Shown here one piece after another: positions 1 through 11,466 of a stretch of DNA of 40,758 bases (positions are counted from its first letter, which is position 1; every line of letters starts with the position of its first letter). Source of the stretch: Octopus bimaculoides. Lineage: Eukaryota. The notes beneath the pieces are model-generated. The model searched no databases, was not told the DNA's origin, and saw only the letters and a program-made list of their open reading frames with translations. Both the position numbers and the translations under genes were made by a program. The stretch lies in the NCBI RefSeq assembly GCF_001194135.2, contig NC_068995.1, positions 39,899,922 to 39,940,679 of the forward strand, in the 5' to 3' direction.

Positions 1-36
<36 letters not shown>

Positions 37-122
37 GACAGAGAAAGAAAGAAAAGAATGAGGGAGAGAGAGAGAGAGAGAGACAGACAGAGAGAGACAG
101 AGAGAGATAGAGAGAGAGAGAG
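1..122. repeat. (AT)n followed by (AG)n/(AGAC)n microsatellites
   Basis: Directly visible dinucleotide runs. Confidence 0.95.
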
Positions 123-504
123 GAAGTACGTGAGGATAGTAAGAATGAGATAGAACGAACTGTGAAGACAGACATTTTCATGTCGGAAGAGAAACGTAGA
201 GCTGTATAGGGATATTTATAGATTTCATCTCCTCAGTAGTTCATATATAGACGTCTGTGTTACACAGTAACCAGAGCTGAACACATTCAGACCTTTAATA
301 AAGTCTGTAGACAAGCTTACTTCTTTCAGCGTCGGCATTGTTCTATTGTCTTTGATTCAATTCTTTGCCTTTTATCGACTTGTTCTCTGTGAACGAATCT
401 CTGTCAATCTGTAGACCATTTTTCTTCTAGATTGATCTGTCATAACAATGAAATATACTAACACATACATACACGCACGCATACACATGCATATACTAAC
501 ACAC

Positions 505-618
505 ACACACACATATATATATATACATATATATATATATAAATATATATACCAATATGTGTTTGTATGCATGGGTGTGTGTGGGGGGGGGCTGTATCTA
601 TCTATATATATGTATATG

Positions 619-663
<45 letters not shown>

Positions 664-937
664 NNNNNNNNNNNNNNNNNNNNNNNNNNNNNNNNNNNNN
701 NNNNNNNNNNNNNNNNNNNNNNNNNNNNNNNNNNNNNNNNNNNNNNNNNNNNNNNNNNNNNNNNNNNNNNNNNNNNNNNNNNNNNNNNNNNNNNNNNNNN
801 NNNNNNNNNNNNNNNNNNNNNNNNNNNNNNNNNNNNNNNNNNNNNNNNNNNNNNNNNNNNNNNNNNNNNNNNNNNNNNNNNNNNNNNNNNNNNNNNNNNN
901 NNNNNNNNNNNNNNNNNNNNNNNNNNNNNNNNNNNNN

Positions 938-978
<41 letters not shown>
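505..978. repeat. (AT)n and (GT)n microsatellites flanking an assembly gap (N 664-937)
   Basis: Visible runs on both sides of the gap. Confidence 0.95.
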
Positions 979-981
<3 letters not shown>

Positions 982-3184
982 ACAAAAGAATACAAAGCAC
1001 AATTTGTGTCATGCGAAGTTTGGATTAAAACTGTTAACGCCAACGACATCGAACGTTGGAAGAAGGAAAAAAATACGAACAATAAAAAAGGCAGATCAGC
1101 AGCAAATCTCAGCAAAAAGCAGACGACAAGAAAGATTAACTCCAAACAATAGAGAGAGCTTTTATGAATAGATATAGACATCGTCAGTGTTGTGTAGTGT
1201 CTTTTGCGGTTCAATATTCTGTATGTTCTACAGAAGTGTTTATTATCATAAAACAATATGTACACCACATTGATGTGACGAACAAAAAACTGATTTATTG
1301 GTATTGTGTAGTTTTCTTTAGCCAAACACATATGAACCACTTCTCATTAACTACACTGTTGTAAACAGAAACAAAAGTGAGTTGATGAGATACATTGCAC
1401 GGCGCACACATACACAGAAACACAAACACAAAGTGGTAGATTGCTTGAATAGTTCACCACTACACTCTACACAATAGACTTTTGCTTAAAGAAGTTGTCA
1501 AGCGTCTACATGACACTCAGAGAAAAAATAGAAGTGCGGTTAAATAACGTCTGGTGGGTCTTATCGAAGAAATCTTTCCCGAGGAGAAGACTGGATTACT
1601 TCGTCTTTCTCCAAAATCAATGTGAATGTCCTCTCTCAAATTCCTTTTCCCGATCAAGATGGTCACGCATGTGTCTTAGACTATTCTTGAACTTGAGTTA
1701 CTTGCTCAACAACCTTAGGTCACTAAATGCAGAAGACAGGTTGTAGTTGTCATCAGTGACACCAGTATATTTACATATACACTCACAAAATAAGCAGGTT
1801 GACATAAAGGGAAAGCATAGACAGGAATTCAGTTACTGGAAACTGATGGCGTCATTCCCGGTGCGAAACCCTACGGAAACAATATTAGCAAATTAATTAA
1901 GTAGCTGGTGACAGAAGATTAATTAAGTAGCTGTTGACTAGTGATGGCGCCTTGAACAGGACGATCTGAGTAAAATCAATAGTATTTAAGAAAATAGCAA
2001 TAAAGAAAAATAGACGAGAGGTCCCTTTGTAAAAGAGATGATTAGGAAAGCATCGCAACAGGTGTGATAGAGACGAGAAAGGCTCTCGACTATTTCTTGA
2101 ACGTGGAAGACGAATGTTGCATCTTCAGAGTTAAGGCGCCAGTTCTTAAATATGATGGAAACGAAAGGTGTTCGAAGGACCTAGGTGACAGAGATGTGAC
2201 GTGGCATCAAAGCTACAATGCGTTAGACCGAGAGGGGTATGTCCTATTCTATTCCAGGCAGATGTGTGGCCGCTTTTCTGCGGCATTTTATTTAAATAAT
2301 CAGAGCAAACAACGCAATAGAGACGGTAGGGGACTTCCGTTTCTACATTGATTTTCGTATCTACATACGAAGAACAGGTGTAGCCGCTCTTTATCCAGCA
2401 CGTTTATTCCCTTTTAGCAGTTCTCTTTAAAGGCGTTGCTTACATAGGGTCAAGTGAAGTTCAAGTCTGGGTACATGACACCAAGAAGTTTGTCAGGTAC
2501 TCAGATGCGATCCGTAAAACTTTTTCGTTAGAGCTTCAGGGAGGAAAATGTGTTGAGAAACAGCAACGATCTTCAAGGTAGCTTTTAGTGTTAATGACAA
2601 CGAAGGAACTTGCTTCGGAAAACTTGCACCTCAGGATCTATGGAGAACGTCCAGTAATGCATGATATAGCAGTACGACCGGAGATCATTGCCAGAAGCAA
2701 ACTCTACAGGCACAAAATATTGTCAGACAAGCCTATTCGAGATGCATGCTGAGCAACAGAATCGCAGCTTTAAGTTTATATGAAAATTAAAAGCTGAACA
2801 TTAATTGCAAACATGAATGGAATGGAATATACCATTAAGAGATTGGTCTCATGCCGATTACAAGAAACCGTGCAATTTATGCACGATGGAAAATCTAGCT
2901 ATACTGTCTGCTAAAGGTATTATCCTGAATAAATACTAAAAATATTTCAACGGGTAAACATAAGTCCTCGAAAATATAAATCAATTACAAAACTTGAGCA
3001 TTATTAAATGGATAAGGGGGACTTATACCGAGATCTACCGTTTTCCACTTTATTTTTTCCCAACTGTGACAGGAAAGTTTTCTTTTCACTGCGAACAAAT
3101 GGATATTTTGACAAATGTACATTGCCTTGCTAAAGTGTATTTGATCTCAATCGATTAGTTGTAATTCATTTTCTTGTAGCCAAT

Positions 3185-3185
<1 letters not shown>

Positions 3186-3244
<59 letters not shown>
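3186..3244. repeat. (GATA)n microsatellite
   Basis: About 15 perfect GATA units. Confidence 0.95.
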
Positions 3245-3245
<1 letters not shown>

Positions 3246-3504
3246 AATCGTTACACTCTTCCCCACCTCTTTTTTTTCTATGACGCCCTTATGCGTATTA
3301 CTTTATCTTTTCTATCGTTTATATTTTTCTTCTACCTGTATACTTTGACCGCTTACTTCCGTATGGAATTTTCCTTCATATATTTATTTATTCGGCAACT
3401 TAAATCAACGTTGAGAGATATGCCTATATTTTTATTTATAATGTTTCCTTTAATTTAATTAATTTTAAGCTGCTTTTAGGGAATGAGGCCTTGAATCAAA
3501 TACG

Positions 3505-3705
3505 GATGTAGGAACCAACACATCAAAAGCAGCCTGCTAGGACATTTGTCGACCAACTTGTTGAAGACGTTGATCATCTTGAGAACGATCTACCATGAGC
3601 AATGCAGGCGAGATAATTCTGGAGACAAGTGGTTGAAGATGTTCATCTGCAGACGTCGCAGCAGCAACAGCAGCAGTAGTAGTAGTAGTAGTAGTAGTAG
3701 TAGTT
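3505..3705 (+). mobile_element. RTE-type LINE 3' end fragment with (CAG)/(TAG)n tail
   Basis: Reads ..EPTHQKQPARTFVDQLVEDVDHLENDLP*AMQAR.., matching the RTE ORF C-terminal pattern WEPxHGKxxxGRPARTYIDQLxED. A trinucleotide tail follows. Confidence 0.65.
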
Positions 3706-3769
3706 TTTGTTGTGTATCATGAAAATACTTTTATTGCAAAAATTACAAATCTTTCCTTACAAAACATTA

Positions 3770-4056
3770 TTCCGCGTGGTAACCTGAAGCAAATAGTCAC
3801 GTGATCATGTAACCGACCCATGATATCACACGTTGTTACACGTCGCTGGTCACAATGCCAACAAATGACGCCACCCCGCTGGCTAGGCGAGCAGGCCAAA
3901 ATTCTCTTCTGATCGAAAGGACTAGAGCAGGATTAAAGCAATGTGAATTGGACTGCTTTGCTGCAGAACATAACACGCTGCCCATTCTGGGAATAGAACC
4001 TACGATCTACTGACTGTGAATGCAACAGCCTAACCACGTGGCCATGCACCTCCACG
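3770..4056 (-). mobile_element. tRNA-derived SINE, family D
   Basis: Minus strand has a tRNA-like head (tggccacgtggttagg...ggttctattccc), a CORE-like gtgttatgttctgcagcaaag segment and a body ending ..ggcctgctcgcctagccagcggggtggcgtc..gatcacgtga. The head recurs at 5835, 18460 and 28680. Confidence 0.7.
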
Positions 4057-4087
4057 AAGATGTGCGTTCTTGTGTGTGCGTGTGTTC

Positions 4088-4089
<2 letters not shown>

Positions 4090-4157
<68 letters not shown>
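4090..4157. repeat. (TG)n microsatellite
   Basis: Visible run. Confidence 0.95.
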
Positions 4158-4178
<21 letters not shown>

Positions 4179-4261
4179 TATTTACGGTAATTTGACATTT
4201 TAAAGTGAACTGACAAATTCAGAGTAGAATCTTATACGTTATTCGTTCAATTTCTTAAGTC

Positions 4262-4446
4262 TTTCTTTTACTTGTTTCATTTATTCGTCTGCGGCCATGC
4301 TGGGGCAACGCCTTAAAAAGTCCACAGTACTTATTTCTTAACACTGGTACTTACTGTATCGCTCCATTTTGCCGAACCACAAGGTTACAGGGACGTAAAA
4401 ACCAACGCTGATTATCAAAGAACAGACACAAAGACATACACATACA

Positions 4447-4478
<32 letters not shown>

Positions 4479-4590
4479 CACGTTTCCCTCTACCACAGTA
4501 TAGGTCAGCCCAGGGCTATAGTAAGAAAACACTTGCTGAATATGCTGTGCAGTGGGACTGAACAGTGTCACGTGGGTGTAAGACGAGCTT
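4262..4590 (-). mobile_element. tRNA-derived SINE, family A (diverged, internal TACA microsatellite)
   Basis: Reverse-complement similarity to the 9625-10077 copy (ttacttgtttca..ctgcggccatgctgg; ttttgccgaacc; gggctatagtaagaaaacacttgc; cagtgggactgaac). Confidence 0.8.
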
Positions 4591-5337
4591 CATATCCTCA
4601 TAGCTATGTCTGCACCTTTATGCTTATATTTATTAAGTATTCATCTTCACTGATTGGCAAAGATATGTTTTTCGACCTATTGCAATATCCTAGTATTAAT
4701 TTCGTATGTATGTATGTATGTATGTATGTATGTATGTATGCATGTATGTATGTATATATGTATGCATGTATTTCCTATACACTTTCTACTTATTATTTTT
4801 CCAATTATATTCTCTTAGAAGAAAAAAGAAATATACAAATCGAAACCTTTAGCATAAACATCATTATTACCTTCATCTTTTCCCTCCCCTTCATCTTCTT
4901 CTGCTGCCTCCTTTCCCCTCTTTATGTCGTCGTTACAGAAGTTGCATCATCATCTCTATCGTTACTCTTCATCCACCCCCTCCGCTTTAACTTTGCTTAT
5001 TTCTTTCCTTTTTATCAACCCAGTTCTGTTTATATATGTAGCCATTTTATCAAACCACTTCTTGTCGAGGCTGTAAATATATATCTCTAATTGAATACAT
5101 TAGAAGTGAAGCTGAAGGGACAAAAGGATTTCCTACTCAAGGTTTCACTTATCCTAACGGCTGTATGTTGAATTTTTTTTTCCTCCCACAAACTTTCAGG
5201 TCTACATTTCATTACAATATATACTATAATTTATGCCTTTCCATATTTTACTCATAAGATCATAAGTTTGAAACAATGCAGTTTTGTAACAAATCATATT
5301 TATTAATTTACAATTAAATTAACACAAACAGACGCTA

Positions 5338-5758
5338 GCTAGCTTTTGACAACAGACAGAGCGTTTCACAAGTGGCGACCTGCCCTTCCACAAAAAGCGA
5401 AAGAGTTGTCTCTCCGACCTGATCAACCACGAATCTGGACTGGGCACGACAGTCAGGCGGTAGGTAATGACCTATGAGATAAACACATTGGCCACCTCCG
5501 CCCTCCCTTTCAGTGACAGCCACCGCCAAGACCAGGTCTTGACTACTGCAGCCACCCTGCACGAAACCTCCGTCCAGTTCTTCTTTATCTGGAGGTTAAC
5601 TTCCAGCAAGTTAATCGGTCCCTCTGTCCAGCGCCCAACAACGCTGTCTGAAGGCATCGACTTGCCAACCCAGGTGCCGAGCTGCAAGTCGACCGACTTT
5701 TCCCGGTTAATCTTTGCTCCTGCCACCGTCTCGTAAACCTCAATAGCCTTACCCATTT
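5338..5758 (-). mobile_element. L1/Tx1-clade non-LTR retrotransposon ORF2 fragment (region after the RT core)
   Basis: One frame with one stop: ..VYETVAGAKINREKS..KKNWTEV..VVKTWSWRWLSLKGRAEVANVFIS*VITYRLTVVP..LFRFLWKGRSPLVKRSVCCQK. It matches the L1/Tx1 motifs GxKINxxKS, WxxRxLSxxGR and FxWxGKxPxIKR. Confidence 0.85.
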
Positions 5759-5834
5759 CACGTAGGCGAAATGCTTAGCGGTATTTCGAAGAAATAAGAA
5801 CTAACTTATAGCCAAGAGGAATGACGTGCTTATA

Positions 5835-5950
5835 TCATGAAATGAAGTGTTTTTGCTCAAGAACACAACGCACGGTCTGGTCTTGAAATCGAAACTACGC
5901 TCTTACCATCGTGGGTGCAACGCCCGAACGACTAGGTCACGCATCTTCAC
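5835..5950 (-). mobile_element. SINE family D, 5' (tRNA/CORE-like) fragment
   Basis: Reverse complement gtttcgatttcaagaccagaccgtgcgttgtgttcttgagcaaaaacacttcatttc is a B-box-like motif plus CORE-like tract. Confidence 0.65.
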
Positions 5951-6575
5951 TATTCTGGCTGTTGTGCTCATAAAACCGAAATATGTTCCAGAGCTGTCCT
6001 GTGTACTTCTTGAAGTAATTAAAACGTTATTAGACATGGGCTGGTATTGTTTCTCCCCACTATTTTGTTAACATTTTTTAAAGATTAACACTAATTAATT
6101 TCCGTGCTGACGGTGTCTCTGAGTAAAGATCAACTAACGTTATCCAAGTAATTAGTTCACAAAAACTTCCCTTAGGAATGTTTATAATCTAGCAAAGAAT
6201 ACTGGGCGCTTCATTTTCAAAAGCTAGTTAATATGTTTAGATGTAATACAAGAACAACACCAGCTTACCCAACACTGATGCTCTCGGACCTTTTATAGTT
6301 AGCACTAATCTACTAACAGAAAAAGAAAACTTCCGCGACCGCTAGGCTGGTTTACAGCACCCGACACTTATTGGTACTTTATACAGTTCAGTATTGATGA
6401 ACTTGTATCATTTATGTTAATGTACATGTACCTGTATTTCATTTAAGTATTTAAATAAATTTAGTAGTTGTTTGATTTAAGGTTTGAACCGCATCTAGTT
6501 CTGAAAAATTAAGTAATCCGGCATGGCTTTGTACGTATGTGTGTATTTATGTATGCATTCATGTGCATATGTGTG

Positions 6576-6663
6576 TAGAGGCAGCTGACGAAGGATTAAT
6601 TCCAAGTGGCTATCTGTTTTCCTATGTGTTCGTTCCGTTGTCTGTAGTTTATTTTTCTACGTC
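6576..6663 (+). repeat. Short interspersed repeat shared with 30584-30667 (-)
   Basis: Both read tagaggcagctga(c/t)gaagga..ttc..gtggct..gtt..ccgttg..ttttt..acgtc. Confidence 0.7.
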
Positions 6664-8064
6664 ATATATATATATACACGCACACGCACACATATACATA
6701 TATGTGTGTGTACATGTGTACATACATCAGGAATGAGTATATAACCAGTTTTGTTTTTTCATGGATGTTAAAGAAGCAATGCCCATAGCCTTTCTCGGGT
6801 CTTCCTAGACTTGTGATATCGATGCATGCAGAAGAAGTGAGCCACAAAGTAAAATGATACGCTGAAGGAGAACGGAAAAGACTCAGACTTTATATCAGTT
6901 CATAGACAGATGTTGTTAGTTCAGTTCTCTTTCAACAGTGTTGCTATCATGAAATGAATGAACGCCTCTTTGTTCTCATCTTCGTGCAGCTGAGTCTTTG
7001 AGTCATTGTGAAGATTACAAATGACTCTTTGGTATGTAATTTTTTAAGTATCTGTCTTGCACCGAGATTATATATTATGTAAGATAGTAATTGTAATTCA
7101 GAACGCTTAACCTCCACGCATGAAAAGAAAGTTTTCTACTGACAGATGGAAAACGATGAATACGATTTAATCTGAAAACAAAACAAAACCGATATTAAAA
7201 GGGATAGAAAAATGCCTGTTGGCTTCAAGAATCTTTCGTTGAAAGTATTGAAGAAAATTAAAGTTTAAAAAGAGCATCCATTTATAAAATTTAAAAATAA
7301 GGGTACATATATATTTGTTGCTTTGTTTCCTTTCATTTATACTTCTTTCATTCAAGGTCGCTACAATATAATAACGAAGAAAGGAAAATTGAAAACGAGA
7401 TATGGGGGAATTATAGATAGACTAAGAGAAGATAAAGAGAGGAAATTGATGAAAGCGAGAAAGAGAGAGATTGTGTAACGAAAGCGAAAAAGAAGGAGAA
7501 TATTGAAAAGGGAAGTAGAGGCATGCTACGCAAAGAGGAAGAAAATGAAGCGAAAAATCAATCAGTAAACAGGCGAGCTGAAACAAATTTCACAAAGACT
7601 TAGAGGGGACAGGGGTGGTACCGGAACTGGAGAGTAAAAACTAAGGGAATACGCTTGCGTGTAGTTGAAGATGACAAAGCAGGAAAGAGAGTAGAGAGAT
7701 AGGCAGGTAAGATAACGAGTTGGATTGGAAAGAGAAGCAAGACTAGTGCTAGAATGTAAGCAAGCGGGGATATTTTTTTTCTTTTCTTGTTATAAGTGAT
7801 TTTTGTTATAACAAAGAAGAAACGAAAAATGAGAAGAAAAAAAAACCAAGTAACGACAGCGAAAGAGAGAAAAATGATAAAGAAGAGGAATAATGATGAT
7901 GGGGAAAATGAATGAAAGAGAAACATTGCATGCTGGGTAAAGTGGTTCTAGGAATAATTCTATACATTGACACAACACAAATACACACAGAGCTTAATAT
8001 GTAAGTGTGGGCGTGTGTAAGCGTGTATGTATGTGTGTGCACGTGCTTGTGTGTAATTGTGTGC

Positions 8065-8066
<2 letters not shown>

Positions 8067-8130
<64 letters not shown>
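8067..8130. repeat. (TA)n microsatellite
   Basis: Visible run. Confidence 0.95.
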
Positions 8131-8134
<4 letters not shown>

Positions 8135-8404
8135 TTATACATAAATGAATATATGCATGCATATATAGATACATAAATACGAACACATAAGCATATATAT
8201 ACATATATATACACACACATTCACACATCATTGTACTGAAAGCAAAATCGGATTTTGTGAACAAAAGTTTTATGGTAAGGAAAAGAAAGATAGAACAAGT
8301 GTGAGCATCTATGTCTGTGATCTATGTATGAGCATCCATCTTTTTTAGCAATCCGTCCAACTAGCAATCTATCAATCTATAAATGTCAGTCAATGCGTGT
8401 TTAG

Positions 8405-8465
8405 TGTGTACGTGTGTGTACGTGTGTGTACGTGTGTGTACGTGTGTGTACGTGTGTGTACGTGT
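8405..8465. repeat. 10-bp tandem repeat (CGTGTGTGTA)n, about 6 units
   Basis: Visible perfect units. Confidence 0.9.
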
Positions 8466-8750
8466 CTTGTGTGTGTGTGTGAGTGTATTTGTGAATTATT
8501 TTGAATACATTTTGTTATCTGTGATTTTTATTGGTTGGAAAGTAACGAAAAAAGTTGGTGGATAGTTTAATATAAGAGAGAGGTGCATAAAAAGTATATA
8601 AAGCATTCATACAGAAATATGTGTGATATAAATGGGTAGATAGAGAGAGAAAGAGAGAGAGAGAGGGAGGGAGAGGGAGGAGAGGAAGACAGGTAGTTAT
8701 ATTACTATTGATTAATTGGGAAATATATGCATAAGTGGATAGATAACTAC

Positions 8751-8781
<31 letters not shown>

Positions 8782-9624
8782 TGTATGTATATATATATAT
8801 ATATATATATATNNNNNNNNNNNNNNNNNNNNNNNNNNNNNNNNNNNNNNNNNNNNNNNNNNNNNNNNNNNNNNNNNNNNNNNNNNNNNNNNNNNNNNNN
8901 NNNNNNNNNNNNNNNNNNNNNNNNNNNNNNNNNNNNNNNNNNNNNNNNNNNNNNNNNNNNNNNNNNNNNNNNNNNNNNNNNNNNNNNNNNNNNNNNNNNN
9001 NNNNNNCATTCATATGAAGTGATGAATATACAGTATGAATGAAAGAAAGTGAAAGGTATAGGCTGATGGTTTTTACGTTATGTAAATGAAAACCATATGA
9101 GGAAAATAATGATTTAACAACTAGATTCGTTCAAGGTATTGTGAGAAATGGAATGTCAATGAACAAAAATGATTTTAAAAAAAGCAAAAATATCTCATTG
9201 TTATTAGAATGCACGCTGCAATCAAATGATAGCAGTATATGTGTTTTTAATAACAAATTATTCATGACGTAGAAGATAGATCAATGCACGTTTTTCAAGA
9301 AACAGATAGCTTGAAGTTGAAGATAAAGAGAAGGTGGGGCGGTGGAAGTGGGGAAAAAAAGCGTCAGAAGTAAGCTGAAATAGTTCAAATGGAAAATGAA
9401 AGTGAAACCTAGAACTGTTATTTTTGTATAACAGCTGAACGTGTATTTAGTAGTTGTAGCCAATCATAAGAAATCATATCCAATCAACAGGTGGAAAACA
9501 GTGCGAAAACAGGTGGAAATATTTCTACGAACTTCATTCGTACGCATCATACACACATATATGCAAATATGTGTGTGCGTGTGTGTGTGTGTATGTGTGT
9601 ATGTGTGTGTGTGTGCGTTGTGTC

Positions 9625-9801
9625 TGGCTGTGTGGTAAGTAGCTTGCTTACCAACCACATGGTTCCAGGTTCAGTCCCACTGCGTGGCACCTTGGGCAAG
9701 TGTCTTCTACTACAGCCTCGGGCCGACCAAAGCCTTGTGAATGGATTTAGTAGACGAAAATTGAAAGAAGCCTGTCGTATATATGTATATATATATATAT
9801 G

Positions 9802-9843
<42 letters not shown>

Positions 9844-10076
9844 TGTGTGTGTGTGTGTGTATTTATATGTTTGTGTGTCTGTGTTTGTCTCCCAACATCG
9901 CTTGACAACCGATGGTGGTGTGTTTACGTAACAGTAACTTAGCGGTTCGGCAAAAGTGATCGATAGAATAAGTACGAGTTTACAAAGAATAAGTCCTGGG
10001 GTCGATTTGCTCGACTAAAGGCGGTGCTCCAGCATGGCCGCAGTCAAATGACTGAAACAAGTACAAGAGTAAAAGA

Positions 10077-10077
<1 letters not shown>
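9625..10077 (+). mobile_element. tRNA-derived SINE, family A, near full length (best copy in the window)
   Basis: A-box TGGCTGTGTGG, B-box-like GGTTCAGTCCC, CORE-like ccttgggcaagtgtcttct, internal (AT)/(GT) microsatellite, 3' end ..gcatggccgcagtcaaatgactgaaacaagta(c/a)aagag. About 10 related copies lie in the window. Confidence 0.9.
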
Positions 10078-10116
<39 letters not shown>

Positions 10117-10330
10117 GTGTGTGTGTGTTTATTAGTATTTATGCAGTTGTGTATTATAGATCCATTTCAACCAATTTTGTTAATCATTTTCGCACGCGGG
10201 AGAGAAAACACAATCCCGGCGCTCGTCAAAAGAGCACTGGGATATTTTTCCTCTGACTTTCTTGTGGAAATCCATTAATAAAATCGGCTGGAATAGATCT
10301 ATAATTCAATATTGTCTAAATATTGATTTA

Positions 10331-10540
10331 AAATTTTTGGCACAAGGCCAGCAGTTCTGAGAGAGGTTATAAATCAATTACATTAACCCCAGTGTTCTAC
10401 TGATACTTATTTTATCGACCCCGAAAAGATGAAAGACATTGTCGACTTCGGCAGAATTCGAACTCAGAACGTATATATAGACGAAATGCCGCTAAGCATC
10501 TTGCTTGGTTTACTAATGATTCTGCCAGCTCTCCACCTTG
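10331..10540 (-). mobile_element. tRNA-derived SINE, family B
   Basis: Reverse complement: ggagagctggcagaatcattag..gagttcgaattctgccgaagtcgac..cggggtcgataaaataagta..ctggccttgtgccaaaa. Confidence 0.85.
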
Positions 10541-10632
10541 TGTTTAAAAAATAATATCTCCACTCTGTTACCAAATATACGAGTGTTTGTTCTTTTCTGA
10601 CTTATTGTTTACTAGACAAATATATATATATA

Positions 10633-11130
10633 TCGGATTATCAAATAAATTTGCTAGTTTTTTTTTCCATTTATTTCAACCCTCATATGTCAACAGCAAT
10701 TTTAACAAATTAGACTATAATTTATTCCCCTTCATTGTTCATGATTTGTTGGCAACATTCCTCTCGTTGGTTAATGCATTGGCTTTAGAAATCATCGGGT
10801 CACAATTTGTTGAGACATGTTTTCAGCACCATCCCGTTGTTAAACGAAACTCTTCGCAAGTGTTGGCGAGCGACTGCAAAAGGAGCTGTAGCAGTAGAAT
10901 ACGGTGATTGCTGCAGAACATCAACCGAGATTTTGAATAGCAGTTTTGGTCTTATTGTGATGTGGTGGTGTGCACTACCCATGGTGAAGAAACATACATG
11001 TTGCTGTGTTGAGCTATAGTGCCTTACTTATCGCGTGAAGTTAACGGGTGGCAGTATCGCGAGAGTACTCCATCTACTACACTAGTTCTGTTGTGGATTG
11101 TGAATGGACTCATTCAATCGATCCTCATTG
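10633..11130 (-). mobile_element. Internally deleted mariner (Tc1/mariner) remnant with one terminal repeat
   Basis: Minus-strand peptides VLQQSPYSTATAP (degenerate HPPYSPDLAP), FNNGMVLKTCLNK and EECCQQIMNNEGE*II (transposase C-terminus). Ends at tcggattatcaaataaatt next to a TA run. Confidence 0.65.
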
Positions 11131-11214
11131 AGCTAAATACATACATGAACTCCCAAGAGGAGTATTTTGAAGGCAATAAAATAGAATTTGTGAAATGTAC
11201 ATAATTGTTTTTTT

Positions 11215-11455
11215 TTATGCCCAAAGTTTTTAAACGCACCTCCAAAAAACAAAAACGACGAAAAACAAGAAAAACACAACAACGCGAGGACGTGGTACTT
11301 GCAAACTATTAGCAGACGCTCAGGGAAGGAAAGAAAGGTAGTTTTACGTTTCGAGCAAAGCTCTTCTTCAGTAACAGGAGACAGAAGAAAGTCCAAGAGA
11401 AAAAGAAGACGGAGGAAAAAAATCGCCAACGATCCACATGTAGTTATATTTTGAA
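11215..11455 (-). mobile_element. Short ORF-less repeat carrying a hammerhead motif (Penelope-LTR/retrozyme-like), related to 39005-39170
   Basis: Shares caacaac..cgaggac.tggt..tattag..gacg.tc.gggaa..acgtttcgagc...gctctt..cag with the 39 kb copy. Confidence 0.6.
11341..11375 (-). ncRNA. Minimal type-I hammerhead ribozyme motif
   Basis: RNA sense: GUUA-CUGAAGA-A-GAGC UUU GCUC-GAAAC-GUA/AAAC. Core intact, 4-bp helix II, palindromic ACGU helix III. Helix I has an A.A mismatch at its first pair followed by 3 bp. Confidence 0.6.
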
Positions 11456-11466
11456 AAATATATATA

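Noticed and set aside
372-1340. Long ORFs spanning N gaps (also 8515-9042, 14502-14963, 21061-22390, 32234-32655, 33480-34191, 35175-35758)
   Set aside because: They are open only because N runs and dinucleotide repeats contain no stops. The peptides are YI/HT/VC/LS repeats.
1495-1800. Possible L1/Tx1 endonuclease-end remnant on the minus strand (..FWRKTK*SSLLLGKDFFDK..)
   Set aside because: The similarity to the WKxNxSLL motif is too weak to call without a profile search.
2064-2351. ORF containing YVLFYSR, reminiscent of the ubiquitin-specific protease C-terminal motif
   Set aside because: No His-box or other USP motifs and no splice sites support it; a 7-residue match is within chance.
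7370-7930. Strongly purine-skewed tract giving hydrophobic F/L/S-rich minus-strand ORFs (also 13220-13480)
   Set aside because: Low-complexity AG-rich DNA; the apparent membrane-protein character is a compositional artefact.
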